Source: Nitrospirota bacterium
GTDB lineage: Bacteria > Nitrospirota > UBA9217
Assembly: GCA_963840455.1 (NCBI GenBank)
Contig: CAWIYV010000007.1
Span: 192,001-256,000, forward strand
Direction: 5' to 3'
DNA: 64,000 nt
Within the stretch, counting starts at the first letter, position 1, and the number at the start of each line of letters is the position of its first letter. Below, in pieces: positions 9,052 to 19,200 of this stretch. The notes under the pieces are model-generated. The model worked only from the letters and a program-made list of their open reading frames with translations, did not search any database and was not told the origin of the DNA. The translations under genes and the position numbers were made by a program.

Positions 9052-10161
9052 ATGTGCCGTTTGAGCGCGATCACGTCGGGCGATTATTTCTCCCCCATGG
9101 AGAACATCCTGGCTCTGGAGACCATGAAGGAAGGACACGACGGGTCCGGTCTCGGCCTGATGCTGAAGGACTTGGGCGGCCCCTTTGCGGAGTTCAAGGG
9201 GTATCCGGTCCTGTCCGTCGTCTGCTCCAACAAGGGACTCCTGTTCCTGGACGAATACATGAAGGCGCAGGGGTTCAAGGAAAAGTTCACCTGGGCGCCT
9301 ACTATCAAGAACGTACGGGGCATCGAACGACGGGAGCACTATCTCGCAAAGGTGTACGATTATCCTGAGAGCTACCGGGACAAACCGATGCGTGAGCAAG
9401 AGGACCTGCTGATGAATACGCGGCTGTCCCTCCGGAAGGTGGGTGAGCCCGATGAGTCCATCTTCGCCTTTTCGTTCTATCCCGATGTTCTCACCCTGAA
9501 GGAAGTAGGAGATCCGCTCCATGTCGGCGAGTTCTTCGGACTGGACACATCAGACATTTCGGCAAAGATCGTTTTAGCCCAGGGCCGGCAGAACACGAAC
9601 TATGCCATCTATCTCTACTCGTGCCATCCTTTCTTCATCCAGGGTTACGGCACCATGACGAATGGCGAGAATACCGCCTTCGTGCCCATCCGGGAGTTCC
9701 TGATGGGGCGCGGCAATCCCGGCTACATGGGGTACAACTCGGATTCCGAGGTCTTCACGCACATCCTGCACTATACGAACAGGACCCTCGGCTATCCGAT
9801 GCACTACTATAAGGATGTCATCACGCCGCTGAAAGAAAGCGAGATCGAGAAAAGGTCCGACGCAGCGGCGCTCCGTCTGCTCAAGAAGTCGCTCCGGCCG
9901 CTCTGTATCGACGGGCCCAACTGCGTCATCGGGTTCACGCCCGATGGATCGTGCTTCATGGTCCACGACGCGAAGAAGCTGCGGCCCGGCGCGGTAGGCG
10001 GGAAACCCGGCAAGTACGCGCTCATGTCCGAGGTGTGCGGTGTGGACCGGGCGGTCCCGAACCGGGACAAGGCCACGGACATCTTCCCGATGAAGTACGA
10101 CATGGTCATCATCGCGCCCGGCGCGCGGGAGGTCAAGGTATGGAATCAGCTGCACGGTTAG
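9052..10161 (+). CDS. Stand-alone class II glutamine amidotransferase (glutamate synthase domain 1)
   Basis: N-terminal M-C-R-L nucleophile after an AGGAG RBS; GHDGSG, QGRQNTN, CHPF, NGENT, SDSE motifs. Confidence 0.88.
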   Translation: MCRLSAITSGDYFSPMENILALETMKEGHDGSGLGLMLKDLGGPFAEFKGYPVLSVVCSNKGLLFLDEYMKAQGFKEKFTWAPTIKNVRGIERREHYLAKVYDYPESYRDKPMREQEDLLMNTRLSLRKVGEPDESIFAFSFYPDVLTLKEVGDPLHVGEFFGLDTSDISAKIVLAQGRQNTNYAIYLYSCHPFFIQGYGTMTNGENTAFVPIREFLMGRGNPGYMGYNSDSEVFTHILHYTNRTLGYPMHYYKDVITPLKESEIEKRSDAAALRLLKKSLRPLCIDGPNCVIGFTPDGSCFMVHDAKKLRPGAVGGKPGKYALMSEVCGVDRAVPNRDKATDIFPMKYDMVIIAPGAREVKVWNQLHG

Positions 10162-11795
10162 ATCAGAACCATCAGCTCACGCTGAAGGAATTCCCCTATA
10201 TCATCCAGTGGCGCGAGGACCGGTGCACCCGCTGCGGCCGCTGCACGGCCGTCTGCCCCATGAAGTCAATCGAACCGGCCGTGCAGGTTCAGCGCCTCGT
10301 GCGCTCCGAGGGCGACAACCCATCGCCCAAGATATCGCGTACCGTCTCCCACGTGGTGAAGCAGGTCACGGACATCGAACGCTACTGCATCGGCTGCGGG
10401 TCCTGCACGCTCGTCTGCCCGACCGATGCCATCTTCCCGGAGTACAACTTCCAGCACAAGTTCTACCACTTCAAGAACAAGGGCGGCATCCCGTACATGC
10501 GGGGCGGCCGGCGGAACGACCCTTCGGTCTCGACGCTCGACAAGCTCAAGTTCACCCGGATCTCCATGCTCACCGACCCGGCGCTCGACGCGGGGCGGCA
10601 CGAGTTCCGCATCCGCACGCTCCTGGGCAGGAACCTCCCGGCTGAGCAGCTTCCCCTCAGGGTGTCGGGCGAAACGCTCAGCATCGGCGATGGTACCTTC
10701 ATCCCGCCGGTCCGCGAGATATATCCCATCCGCATCGGCAGCATGTCCATCGGCGCGCTCTCGCCCCACATGTGGGAGGGGCTCGCCATGGGGATCACGT
10801 ACCTGAACGAGGTCGAGGGCCTGCCGGTGGTGATGTGCTCCGGCGAGGGCGGCATGCCGCCCTCCCTCTTGAAATCGCGCTACATGAAGTACTTCATCCT
10901 CCAGATCGCGTCGGGCTATTTCGGATGGGATGAGATCATTCGGGCGCTGCCAGACATGATCGAGGATCCCTGCGCCATAGAGATCAAGTACGGGCAGGGC
11001 GCGAAGCCCGGCGACGGCGGGCTGCTCCAGGCGTACAAGGTGCTGGGGCTCATTGCCAAGATCCGGGGCGTACCGCAGTTCGTTGACCTGTCTTCACCGC
11101 CCACTCACCAGACGCAATACTCCATCGAGGAATCGGTCGCTAAAATGATACAGTCCATGTCAATGGCTTGGGGTTTCCGTGTGCCTGTGTATCCCAAGAT
11201 TTCGGGCAGCAAAACAGCGCGGGCAGTGCTTAATAATCTCGCGCGGAACCCTTATGCGGCAGCGCTCTGCATTGATGGCGAGGACGGCGGCACGGGCGCG
11301 GCCTACAATGTATCCATGGACAAGATGGGGCATCCCATCGCGTCGAACATCCGCGATTGCTACCTGGACCTGGTGAAGCAGGGCAAGCAGAACGAGCTGC
11401 CGCTCATCGCTGCGGGCGGCGTGGGCAAGGGCGGGAACCTCGCGGCGAATGCCGCTGCGCTCATCATGCTGGGAGCATCGGCGGTGGACATCGGAAAGTA
11501 CATCATGCAGACCGCGGCAGGCTGCTTCGGCGATGAGCATAACCGCTGCAACGTCTGCAACCTCGGCAGGTGCCCGCGCGGCATAACGACGCAGGACCCC
11601 AAGCTCTACCGCAGGCTCGATCCCGACAAGGTCGCCGAGCGCGTGGTGGAGGTCTTCAAGGCGGCCGACGTGGAGCTCAAGAAGATCTTCGCGCCGCTGG
11701 GCAGGAGCACCGAGCTTCCCATCGGCATGTCCGACGCGCTCGGTGTGGGGGACAAGGACATCGCGGATAGGCTGTCGATCAGCTACGTTTGTTAA
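10140..11795 (+). CDS. gltB: Glutamate synthase FMN-binding subunit with two 4Fe-4S motifs
   Basis: CTRCGRCTAVCP, CIGCGSCTLVCP, GSMSIGALS, SGEGG, EIKYGQGAKPGDGG, CNVCNLGRCPRGITTQD; ATG at 10140 after GGAGG. Confidence 0.85.
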   Translation: MESAARLDQNHQLTLKEFPYIIQWREDRCTRCGRCTAVCPMKSIEPAVQVQRLVRSEGDNPSPKISRTVSHVVKQVTDIERYCIGCGSCTLVCPTDAIFPEYNFQHKFYHFKNKGGIPYMRGGRRNDPSVSTLDKLKFTRISMLTDPALDAGRHEFRIRTLLGRNLPAEQLPLRVSGETLSIGDGTFIPPVREIYPIRIGSMSIGALSPHMWEGLAMGITYLNEVEGLPVVMCSGEGGMPPSLLKSRYMKYFILQIASGYFGWDEIIRALPDMIEDPCAIEIKYGQGAKPGDGGLLQAYKVLGLIAKIRGVPQFVDLSSPPTHQTQYSIEESVAKMIQSMSMAWGFRVPVYPKISGSKTARAVLNNLARNPYAAALCIDGEDGGTGAAYNVSMDKMGHPIASNIRDCYLDLVKQGKQNELPLIAAGGVGKGGNLAANAAALIMLGASAVDIGKYIMQTAAGCFGDEHNRCNVCNLGRCPRGITTQDPKLYRRLDPDKVAERVVEVFKAADVELKKIFAPLGRSTELPIGMSDALGVGDKDIADRLSISYVC

Positions 11796-11800
11796 CGGAC

Positions 11801-11864
11801 GGAGCCAGGAGTCAGGAATCGAGAGAAAATCGATTTTCTTCTGGCTTCTGGCTCCTGACTTCCT
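11801..11864. repeat. Intergenic palindromic unit of inverted heptamer-like repeats
   Basis: GGAGCCAGGAGTCAGGA ... TTCTGGCTCCTGACT around the perfect palindrome AGAAAATCGATTTTCT (11824-11839). Confidence 0.6.
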
Positions 11865-11878
11865 ATTCTGAGGTATAC

Positions 11879-14203
11879 ATGATCATCCAAGGCAATGTGA
11901 ACGGAAAACGGGTCTCTTCGAAGGACCTCGAGGCGCAGCTCCAGAAGGCCGTCAAGGAGGGCGCGAAGGACCTCACGGTCAGGGCCGACGGCCAGCACGG
12001 CATCGGCGGGAGGATCTGGCCGCAATTCGGCACGGTGAAGGTGACCATCGAGGGAACTGCGGGGCAGCGCATCGGCAGCATGGGCATGGACGGCACCGAG
12101 ATCGTGGTGAAGGGCTCGACATCCGACGATACGGGCTGGCTCAACTGCGGGGCCGTGATCACCGTGCTCGGCGATGTGGCCAATGGGGCGCATAATGGAG
12201 CCGCCCAGGGCAAAATGTATGTGCAGGGCGGGGGCGGCGCTCGCTGCGACACCATGACCAAAAAGAATCCCCGCTTTTCAGACCTCGAGTCCTGGTATTT
12301 CCGGGGAGTAGGGGACTCCTTCGCCGAGTTCAAGGCCGGCGGCATCGCTGTGGTTTGCGGCGTGGACCCACGCGATCCGGAGAACGTCCTCGGGTATCGA
12401 CCCTGTGTGGGCATGGTCGGCGGAACGATCTATTTCCGTGGTCCCATTAAGGAGTACAGCAAGGGAGCCGTGAAGCTTGTAGACCTTACTCCCCAGGACT
12501 GGGAGTGGCTTACCGCGAACATGAGGCCTTACCTCGAGGCCATCGACCGCATGTCTTTCTACGAGGACCTGACAAAGGATGTCACTGTCTGGAAGAAACT
12601 GATCGCTTCTACCCCGGCCGAAAGGGCCAAGGTCAGGGGCAGGCTCAAGATGGGCCTGACAGAGTTCCGCCTGAACGTGTGGGAGAAAGAAGTGGGCAAA
12701 GGCGGCATGTTCGGCGCCTACCTGACCCACGACCGCTCTGTGCTTCCCTATATCACGACTGGGGAGGAACGGCGGTGGAAGCCGAGCTGGAAGAACGACA
12801 AGTACCTCCCGCCCTGCGCATATGCTTGCCCGTCGCGGATCCCGTCGCACAAACGGGCGACCCTGCTCCGGCAGGGGAGGACCGCCGAGGCCTTGGCGCT
12901 CGTTCTGCAGTACAGCCCGCTGCCGGCCACGGTCTGCGGCCAGGTCTGTCCGAACCTCTGCATGACCGACTGCACGCGTGGCAGGATCGACCAGCCCCTC
13001 AACATCAAGGAGTACGGCGCAGTTGCGCTGGACCTTAAGGCGCCCAAAAAGGCGAAGCCCACGGGCTTCAGCGTCGCTATCATCGGCGGCGGCCCCGGCG
13101 GCCTTTCCGCTGCCTGGCAGCTGGGCCTCAAGGGCCATTCCGTGGACCTCTACGAGGCTGGCAGCAAGATCGGCGGCAAGCTCGAAATGTGCATCCCGCG
13201 CGAACGTCTGCCCAAGGAGATCCTGGACAAGGAACTGTCGCGCTTCGCCGAGATCGGCGTGAAGGTCCATGTCAAGACGCCGGTTGACCGCACAACGTTC
13301 GACAAGATCTACAAAGACCATGACGTCGTGGTCGTAGCCGTGGGCGCCCACGAAGGCCGGGTCATCCCGTTCCCGGGCCACGAGGACGTGGTCAAGGGCA
13401 TCGACTACCTGAAGGAGATCAACTTCGGGAAGCCGAAGAACCTGAAAGGCGGGAAGGTCGTCGTGATCGGCGCGGGCAATGTGGGCATGGACATTGCCTG
13501 TCAGGCCTGGGACCAAGGCGCTGGCAGCGTGACCTGCGTGGACATCCAGAAGCCCGCTGCATTTGGCAAGGAGCTGGAGCTGGCCACATCCAAGGGGACC
13601 AAGGTTCTCTATCCGAAGGTGACCGAGAAGTACGACGCCAAGGCGAAGAAGATCTTCTTTACCGACGGCACGTCCCTGGACGCGGAAATGGTCATCATCT
13701 CTATCGGCGAGAAACCGGTGCTCGACTTCCTACCGCCCGAGGTGCATACGGACCGCGGGTACATCGTTGTGAACGAACTTGGCCAGTCCTCGGACGTGAA
13801 GGTCTTTGCCATCGGCGACGCCACCAAGCCGGGCCTCGTGACCCATGCCATCGGACAGGGCAAGGTGGCCGCCGACGTGATCAACGCCCAGCTGATGAAC
13901 TTCGACTATGTGCCGGAAGAGCGGCGGGTGATCCCCTATGAGCGGATCAAGACCCAGTATTATGAGGTCTGCCGGATGGTCGGCAAGTTCTCGGCGAAGA
14001 AGGAGGCCGACCGCTGCATGAGCTGCGGGTCCTGCCGCGACTGCGGCATGTGCGTGGAGTCGTGCTACTACGGCGCCATCACGCGCAAGACCCTGCCGAA
14101 CAAGTCCTACGAGTACGTGGTGGACGAGAGCCGCTGCATTGGCTGCGGCTTCTGCGCGGGCATCTGTCCCTGCGGCGTCTGGGAGATGGTTGAGAACGTG
14201 TAG
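11879..14203 (+). CDS. gltD: GXGXG domain fused to GltD-like FAD/NAD(P)H oxidoreductase and C-terminal ferredoxin
   Basis: N-terminal GXGXG repeats; PPCAYACP/CGQVCPNLCMTDC; IIGGGPGG; VIGAGNVG; CMSCGSCRDCGMC and CIGCGFCAGICP. Confidence 0.82.
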   Translation: MIIQGNVNGKRVSSKDLEAQLQKAVKEGAKDLTVRADGQHGIGGRIWPQFGTVKVTIEGTAGQRIGSMGMDGTEIVVKGSTSDDTGWLNCGAVITVLGDVANGAHNGAAQGKMYVQGGGGARCDTMTKKNPRFSDLESWYFRGVGDSFAEFKAGGIAVVCGVDPRDPENVLGYRPCVGMVGGTIYFRGPIKEYSKGAVKLVDLTPQDWEWLTANMRPYLEAIDRMSFYEDLTKDVTVWKKLIASTPAERAKVRGRLKMGLTEFRLNVWEKEVGKGGMFGAYLTHDRSVLPYITTGEERRWKPSWKNDKYLPPCAYACPSRIPSHKRATLLRQGRTAEALALVLQYSPLPATVCGQVCPNLCMTDCTRGRIDQPLNIKEYGAVALDLKAPKKAKPTGFSVAIIGGGPGGLSAAWQLGLKGHSVDLYEAGSKIGGKLEMCIPRERLPKEILDKELSRFAEIGVKVHVKTPVDRTTFDKIYKDHDVVVVAVGAHEGRVIPFPGHEDVVKGIDYLKEINFGKPKNLKGGKVVVIGAGNVGMDIACQAWDQGAGSVTCVDIQKPAAFGKELELATSKGTKVLYPKVTEKYDAKAKKIFFTDGTSLDAEMVIISIGEKPVLDFLPPEVHTDRGYIVVNELGQSSDVKVFAIGDATKPGLVTHAIGQGKVAADVINAQLMNFDYVPEERRVIPYERIKTQYYEVCRMVGKFSAKKEADRCMSCGSCRDCGMCVESCYYGAITRKTLPNKSYEYVVDESRCIGCGFCAGICPCGVWEMVENV

Positions 14204-14285
14204 GACAGGATCCCGTACAGACACCGAGGCCCTTTATCGTATACCGGTAAAAGGCCTTTTCATTTCTGAGGTCTGCACATCCCTA

Positions 14286-14314
14286 TTGACACGGTCTGTG
14301 CTATGCCATAAACT
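14286..14314 (+). promoter_or_regulatory. Putative sigma70 promoter
   Basis: TTGACA-17 nt-TAAACT upstream of the ORF at 14353. Confidence 0.55.
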
Positions 14315-14352
14315 GGAGCACAGGAGATGTATCGAGGGACGAGGAGGGGTTC

Positions 14353-14691
14353 ATGGCGGAATTCTTGAAGAAACTGAAGGTGAGGTCGATCCTGATCGCG
14401 ATCGCTGCTTTCATTGTGGTGATCCTCTGGAGCTACTTTATCCCGGATACGATCATGACCAAGATCACCGATGCCCAGATGGCCAAGGTGGACGGCAGGT
14501 TCATGATCGCCACCGAGGACCGGCCGCTCATTAATGAGGATGCCAAGTACCGGTTCAAGTTCAACTCAGGGAACCTCCAGAACGAAGCCATCAGGCTCAG
14601 GGGGAAGGCCGTCCGGATCAGGAAGTACGGATGGCGGGTGCCGATGCTGTCCTGGTACGAGAACGTCGTGAAGATCGAAGAAGTGAAATAA
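14353..14691 (+). CDS. DUF1523-like membrane-anchored protein
   Basis: Single TM segment, NEDAKYRFKFNSGNLQ and YGWRVPMLSWYENVV; strong GAGGAGG RBS. Confidence 0.65.
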   Translation: MAEFLKKLKVRSILIAIAAFIVVILWSYFIPDTIMTKITDAQMAKVDGRFMIATEDRPLINEDAKYRFKFNSGNLQNEAIRLRGKAVRIRKYGWRVPMLSWYENVVKIEEVK

Positions 14692-14752
14692 CGCCACGGC
14701 CGTACATCCGCCTCGGCACGCATCCATCCAAACGCCCCGCCACCTTGTTACA

Positions 14753-15280
14753 CTATTGCCCCGACCCCGGAAATTCTAGGTTCAGTCTCCGATCCACATC
14801 AGGGGACAATCGAATGTAGACAGTGACCTTGCCGTCCTTCAGCGTATAGCTCACGAGCAGCGGGTCCGTCCCTCCGACATCGTAGTAAGGATACCGGGGG
14901 AGTATCTCGTAGCCGATCGTACCGTTGTTTCCGTCCGGGATCCTGTGGACCCGGAGCTCGGTGACCGTGTGAATGCCGCACCGGACGAACGCATCCGCCT
15001 CGGCAAGAGCCTTGTCTGCCGGAAGGCCCCGCTTGACCTTGTAGGATGTGGCCGGCACGTAGAGTTCCACCATGCCTGCCTTGTCAGGAGCTATCAGGAA
15101 CGCAGCATGTTCGATGTCGTCGGGATACCGGCAGCCATAGGTGTAAAGATCGTAGGTGCCCTGAATCCCCTTCGGATCGGCCGTCTCGGTCTGGAGCTGC
15201 GTGCCCAACGCGCAACCGGACAGGGATGCAGCGATCAGGAACAACGAGAAAAGCAGCAACACAGGTCTTGGATTATTCAT
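14753..15280 (-). CDS. Hypothetical lipoprotein
   Basis: Signal peptide with lipobox LSGC; GGGAGG RBS. Confidence 0.7.
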   Translation of the reverse strand: MNNPRPVLLLFSLFLIAASLSGCALGTQLQTETADPKGIQGTYDLYTYGCRYPDDIEHAAFLIAPDKAGMVELYVPATSYKVKRGLPADKALAEADAFVRCGIHTVTELRVHRIPDGNNGTIGYEILPRYPYYDVGGTDPLLVSYTLKDGKVTVYIRLSPDVDRRLNLEFPGSGQ

Positions 15281-15439
15281 ATATTATCCCTCCCTTGCGC
15301 TAATTACTTCCCTGCTTGTATCTACCAAGCCATTATACCACTGAACAGCCGATATGATGAGCCTCATGCCCGGCGGATATGCAGGGGATGGGCGATTGCC
15401 GGTCCATAAGGACACGCAGGAGCGGGAAGAAATTCATTT

Positions 15440-16669
15440 TCATTCCCCGATGATATCCTTCTTCCTTTTGGTATACGCGGTGATGAATACGCTGCCGCAA
15501 ATGAGCCCGCCCAGGGCGAAGGTAAGGGGGGCCTGGATCCAGTGCGCAACGGTTCCGGCGAACAGGCTACCGAAAGGGGTAAGTCCGCCGAAGGACATGG
15601 TGTACAGGCTCATCACCCTGCCGCGCAGCCGGTCCTCTGTGTTCAGCTGGACCGTGGTGTTCGCCATACCGAAGAACGTAACCATGGACCAGCCCGCGAG
15701 GGCAAGGAGGACGGCGGTCAGGCCGTAGGACTTCTGGAACCCGATCAATATCAAAAAAAGCGACAGCCCCAGGCCGCCGCCGAGCATATAGCCGGGCTTG
15801 GGCTCCCACCGGCTCAGGAACGCAAGCGAGGCCGCTCCGAACAGAGCGCCGACCCCAAACGACGACATCAGAAAACCGAAGGCTGCCGCGTCGCGGTGCA
15901 GTTCCATCCTCACGAACACCGGGACCAGGACATTGAAGTTCGTCCCGAAGATACTGACCACGGACACCAGCGAGATGGTCGTCAGGACCAACGGCGTGTC
16001 CCGAATGTACTTCAGCGCCTCGGAAATGTCGCGAAGGATGTCATAGGACGGCGGCGCTCTGCGGGAGGCGGCCGTTATTCTCATCATCAGAAGGCCTGTG
16101 ATCACAGCCATGAAACTGAGGCCGTTCACAAAAAAACAGAACGCTGTGCCCAGTTTGCTGATGAGCAGGCCGGCGATCGCGGGACCGATCGCCCTCGCCG
16201 CGTTGAAGATGGACGAGTTCAGGGCAATGGCGTTCATCAGGTCCTCTTTTCCTACCAGCTCGATAAGATAGGACTGGCGCGCCGGCATATCGATGGTGTT
16301 TACGACGCCCAGCAGCGTCGCCAGGACAACGATATGCCAGTATCGGACCGTCCCAGTCCAGACGAGGAGCGCGAGGACGAAGGCCAGCGCCATCAAGACG
16401 GCCTGGGTCCAGATGATGGTCCTGCGCTTGTCGAAATAGTCGATGAGCGGGCCGGTGAAGAACGAAAGGAACAGCATGGGCAGGAACTGGAGCGCAGAGA
16501 TCACGCCGAGCTTGAAGGACGAATGGGTCAGTTCCAAAACCAGCCAGGCCTGCGCCACGGTCTGCATCCAGGTGCCGATGAGCGACACGAGCTGGCCGGA
16601 CCAGAAGAGGCGGAAGTTCCGGTGCCGCAGCGAGCGAAAAAGTGTTTTTATCTCTGCGGTGATTTCCAT
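15440..16669 (-). CDS. MFS transporter
   Basis: About 12 TM segments; FRSLRHRNFRLFWSGQ, PARQS, LRGRVMS. Confidence 0.88.
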   Translation of the reverse strand: MEITAEIKTLFRSLRHRNFRLFWSGQLVSLIGTWMQTVAQAWLVLELTHSSFKLGVISALQFLPMLFLSFFTGPLIDYFDKRRTIIWTQAVLMALAFVLALLVWTGTVRYWHIVVLATLLGVVNTIDMPARQSYLIELVGKEDLMNAIALNSSIFNAARAIGPAIAGLLISKLGTAFCFFVNGLSFMAVITGLLMMRITAASRRAPPSYDILRDISEALKYIRDTPLVLTTISLVSVVSIFGTNFNVLVPVFVRMELHRDAAAFGFLMSSFGVGALFGAASLAFLSRWEPKPGYMLGGGLGLSLFLILIGFQKSYGLTAVLLALAGWSMVTFFGMANTTVQLNTEDRLRGRVMSLYTMSFGGLTPFGSLFAGTVAHWIQAPLTFALGGLICGSVFITAYTKRKKDIIGE

Positions 16670-16741
16670 GATATTGATTCTAGTATAGCATTTATGTGGG
16701 AACACAGAGAAGAGAGAGCAGCAGGGTGATGCGGGAGTGGA

Positions 16742-17050
16742 CTATTGATCGGTGTGATACCTGATGGGGTGAGGCGTATCTGCAGCAATGATTTGAGGGA
16801 CGGGCGTTTCATCGTCGTAACACGGCGTGTCGGAACGAAAGCCGCACACATAAACCGTGATATTCGGCTGTCGCTGATAGGGCTTGATCAGGAAAGCTGA
16901 AAGAGGTTCCCTGGCAGCGGCGACTTTTTGAGAAACCTCCATAGAGCCGAGTTTAATGAGCCAGACGGAGTAGTACTGGCGGCCGCGATGCCAGTCAGGG
17001 TGATCATGAATAGGTGAGGGGAGGGTTCCTCGGTTCTGGCGGGGCATTTT
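16742..17050 (-). pseudogene. Truncated 2'-5' RNA ligase / 2H-phosphoesterase-like remnant
   Basis: DHPDWHRGRQYYSVW...YQRQPNITVYVCGF resembles the N-half of 2H proteins, with His->Asn in the HxT motif and no second half. Confidence 0.4.
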
Positions 17051-17316
17051 TTGCCTCGGCGTTATGGCTTGTCTTACTCGACATAACTTCACCGGGGAAT
17101 TGAACAAGAAAGTAAAGTCTACGGACCCGCAGGAAGTCAGATTGACGGGGACGGCACAGCGCCCTCACTTTCGGAGCATGGAGGAAAAGGGAAGAATAGA
17201 TCTTGAATATTGCCTCAACCCCCGTCGCATTCACGTTGCGAAAATTGACAGGCGAGAATGATGAACTTCATCTTCGACGATCAAATCGTACCAAGTCATC
17301 GGGAGCTCCGAGCTTG

Positions 17317-18093
17317 CTACTTTTTATCGATCCATTCGAGCAGCTTGTCTTCCGGGAGAAATCCGGAAAGCACCGTTCCGTCGGCACGCACCATCGTGGG
17401 CGTGCTGTTGAAATTGAGAGACCGGGCCAGCGCGGTGTTCCGATCCATCGCATCAGCGGTGCAGTTTGCAGGCGGCTCCGGCGTCATCTTTCCCGAAAAC
17501 GCGTCATGGAGCATCTTGACCGATTTCGAGCACAGGATGGACTGGACTTTTTTAGGAGCATCCTTGTGCATCGGCAAGGGATACAGGATCTCAATGAATG
17601 CAATATCATGCCGCCTGGCGATGACCTTCTTTATGCTCTCGTGAAGCGTCCGGCAATAAGGACAGTCGGGGTCGGTGAAGACGATTACTTTTTTTGCGGC
17701 ATTTTTTGCACCCACCGTAATGGAGTCACCCAAGGGGATCTTCGAGACATCAACCTTTTGAGGGGTCTGCTGCGCCTGGATTTGATTGAGATAGACCTCG
17801 AGCGGTATAAGCTGGATCAGGTATTTTCCCGAACAGTCGAGAAATATCGACCCGCGCTGCCCTTTGCTTTCAACACCGATCTCCCACACATCCTTGACCG
17901 GCGACTCTTTGATATCCACGGTATTGCCGTCGGGAACGACCTTCTTGACAATGGCGTCCACCTTTTTCATTTCAAGTTCGGGGCATTTTTCGGCAATGTT
18001 TTTTTCGCTTTTGTCCGCCGTCTGACATGCGGGCGTGAACATAACCATGAACAACACTGCGAAGATACCTGCAACACCCTGAAACGTTTTCAT
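17317..18093 (-). CDS. dsbC: DsbC-family thiol:disulfide isomerase (exported)
   Basis: Signal peptide, N-terminal dimerisation-like segment, FTDPDCPYC, STPT cis-Pro loop. Confidence 0.82.
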   Translation of the reverse strand: MKTFQGVAGIFAVLFMVMFTPACQTADKSEKNIAEKCPELEMKKVDAIVKKVVPDGNTVDIKESPVKDVWEIGVESKGQRGSIFLDCSGKYLIQLIPLEVYLNQIQAQQTPQKVDVSKIPLGDSITVGAKNAAKKVIVFTDPDCPYCRTLHESIKKVIARRHDIAFIEILYPLPMHKDAPKKVQSILCSKSVKMLHDAFSGKMTPEPPANCTADAMDRNTALARSLNFNSTPTMVRADGTVLSGFLPEDKLLEWIDKK

Positions 18094-18284
18094 TGAGAAC
18101 CCTCTTTCCCGAGTCATCCAAGTATAGTTTGCAGATCAGAGATGCAATCAAGAAGAAGTAAGCATCGTAAAGCTTAAGAACCTCACTGAGTTTCGCCTTT
18201 TGGTCCTTACGTTCGCAGGCACTTCCGGACCTTGCCCCTATGTTCACCTCGGGATAAAGAATGAACAATAATTATATTCTGCTC

Positions 18285-18356
18285 CCGCAAGACCCTTTTA
18301 TCGCCGACCCGATGAAGCAGCTTCTGCGAATCGAGAAATTCGAAGATCAGTACGGG
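18285..18356 (-). repeat. Diverged duplicate of the selB 3' end
   Basis: Encodes [20 protein letters not shown] versus Sel[21 protein letters not shown]; exact 19-mer CAGCTTCTGCGAATCGAGA at 18318-18336 and 19240-19258. Confidence 0.85.
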
Positions 18357-18404
18357 TTGTATTATAATATCTGTACTCGATTCGTCAATATACAAGACGC
18401 GGCT

Positions 18405-18851
18405 CTAAACGTTGCTCGTCTGGGTGTCGCGCGTGAGCCTGCGCTGCAGGAAGAACAGAATAGTGAGCGACAGCGTGAAAATGAGCCAGATAATATCAAC
18501 AGCTTTAGAGAGCATCGTCGGTTCGTTGACGGCAGAGAGCAGAGAACCGGCAGAAAGGATGAGGTCGAAAGGACTCACGGTGTGCCCGGACAAACAGTAT
18601 GCTATGCCCAGGATGAGGCCCGCATTTTGTCCTTTCAGCATCAGGGGGACCACGGCAAGGGAGCCGACGGTCGATATCGTCATATGGTAGACCACATACA
18701 GCCCCAGAGTGGTCCTGCTCTGAAAGAACTGCGGAAGCATTCGGGCCAGGCCCATGAACCGTCCGGAATACAGGAAATGGATGCTTTCGAACAGGAACCA
18801 GCAGAGCAGCAGTTTGCCCGCACTGTCGATGATCTTTGCTCGTGTATCCAT
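18405..18851 (-). CDS. Hypothetical membrane protein (about 4 TM)
   Basis: Hydrophobic ORF; start uncertain (frame is open to 18974). Confidence 0.5.
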   Translation of the reverse strand: MDTRAKIIDSAGKLLLCWFLFESIHFLYSGRFMGLARMLPQFFQSRTTLGLYVVYHMTISTVGSLAVVPLMLKGQNAGLILGIAYCLSGHTVSPFDLILSAGSLLSAVNEPTMLSKAVDIIWLIFTLSLTILFFLQRRLTRDTQTSNV

Positions 18852-18919
18852 TCTTCTCGCCAGGTGTTTTGGTGACAAAATAAAGATCGCGCTGTGCGTA
18901 GGGGTGAACGCATCATGGC

Positions 18920-19108
18920 TTATTTTGAGCGATTGCCTTTGTTGTTCTTCGGTTCGGCGTGCTTTTCGTAGCATTCCTCGCAGTACAGCCCATCGTCATC
19001 AACCTGGCTCGGCTGCCACCTGATCTTGCCGGAGGTGGTGATCGTGCTCAGCCGTCTGCCGCAGTCGACGCAGACCGATCGCCGCTTTGTGTTCATATTA
19101 GAGCTCAT
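18920..19108 (-). CDS. Small putative zinc-binding protein
   Basis: CVDC...CEEC cysteine pairs; GAGGTG RBS upstream. Confidence 0.55.
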   Translation of the reverse strand: MSSNMNTKRRSVCVDCGRRLSTITTSGKIRWQPSQVDDDGLYCEECYEKHAEPKNNKGNRSK

Positions 19109-19200
19109 GTCGCTTCACCTCTCTGGATCCAGGAACGAGCACATTCCCGCAGCTTGCTGCAGGGAACTATAATTAATAATACGGAGGAAATGACGATACG

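Noticed and set aside
9951-10139. N-terminal extension of the FMN subunit given in the ORF track
   Set aside because: It overlaps the amidotransferase gene by about 200 bp; ATG 10140 has an RBS and precedes the conserved region.
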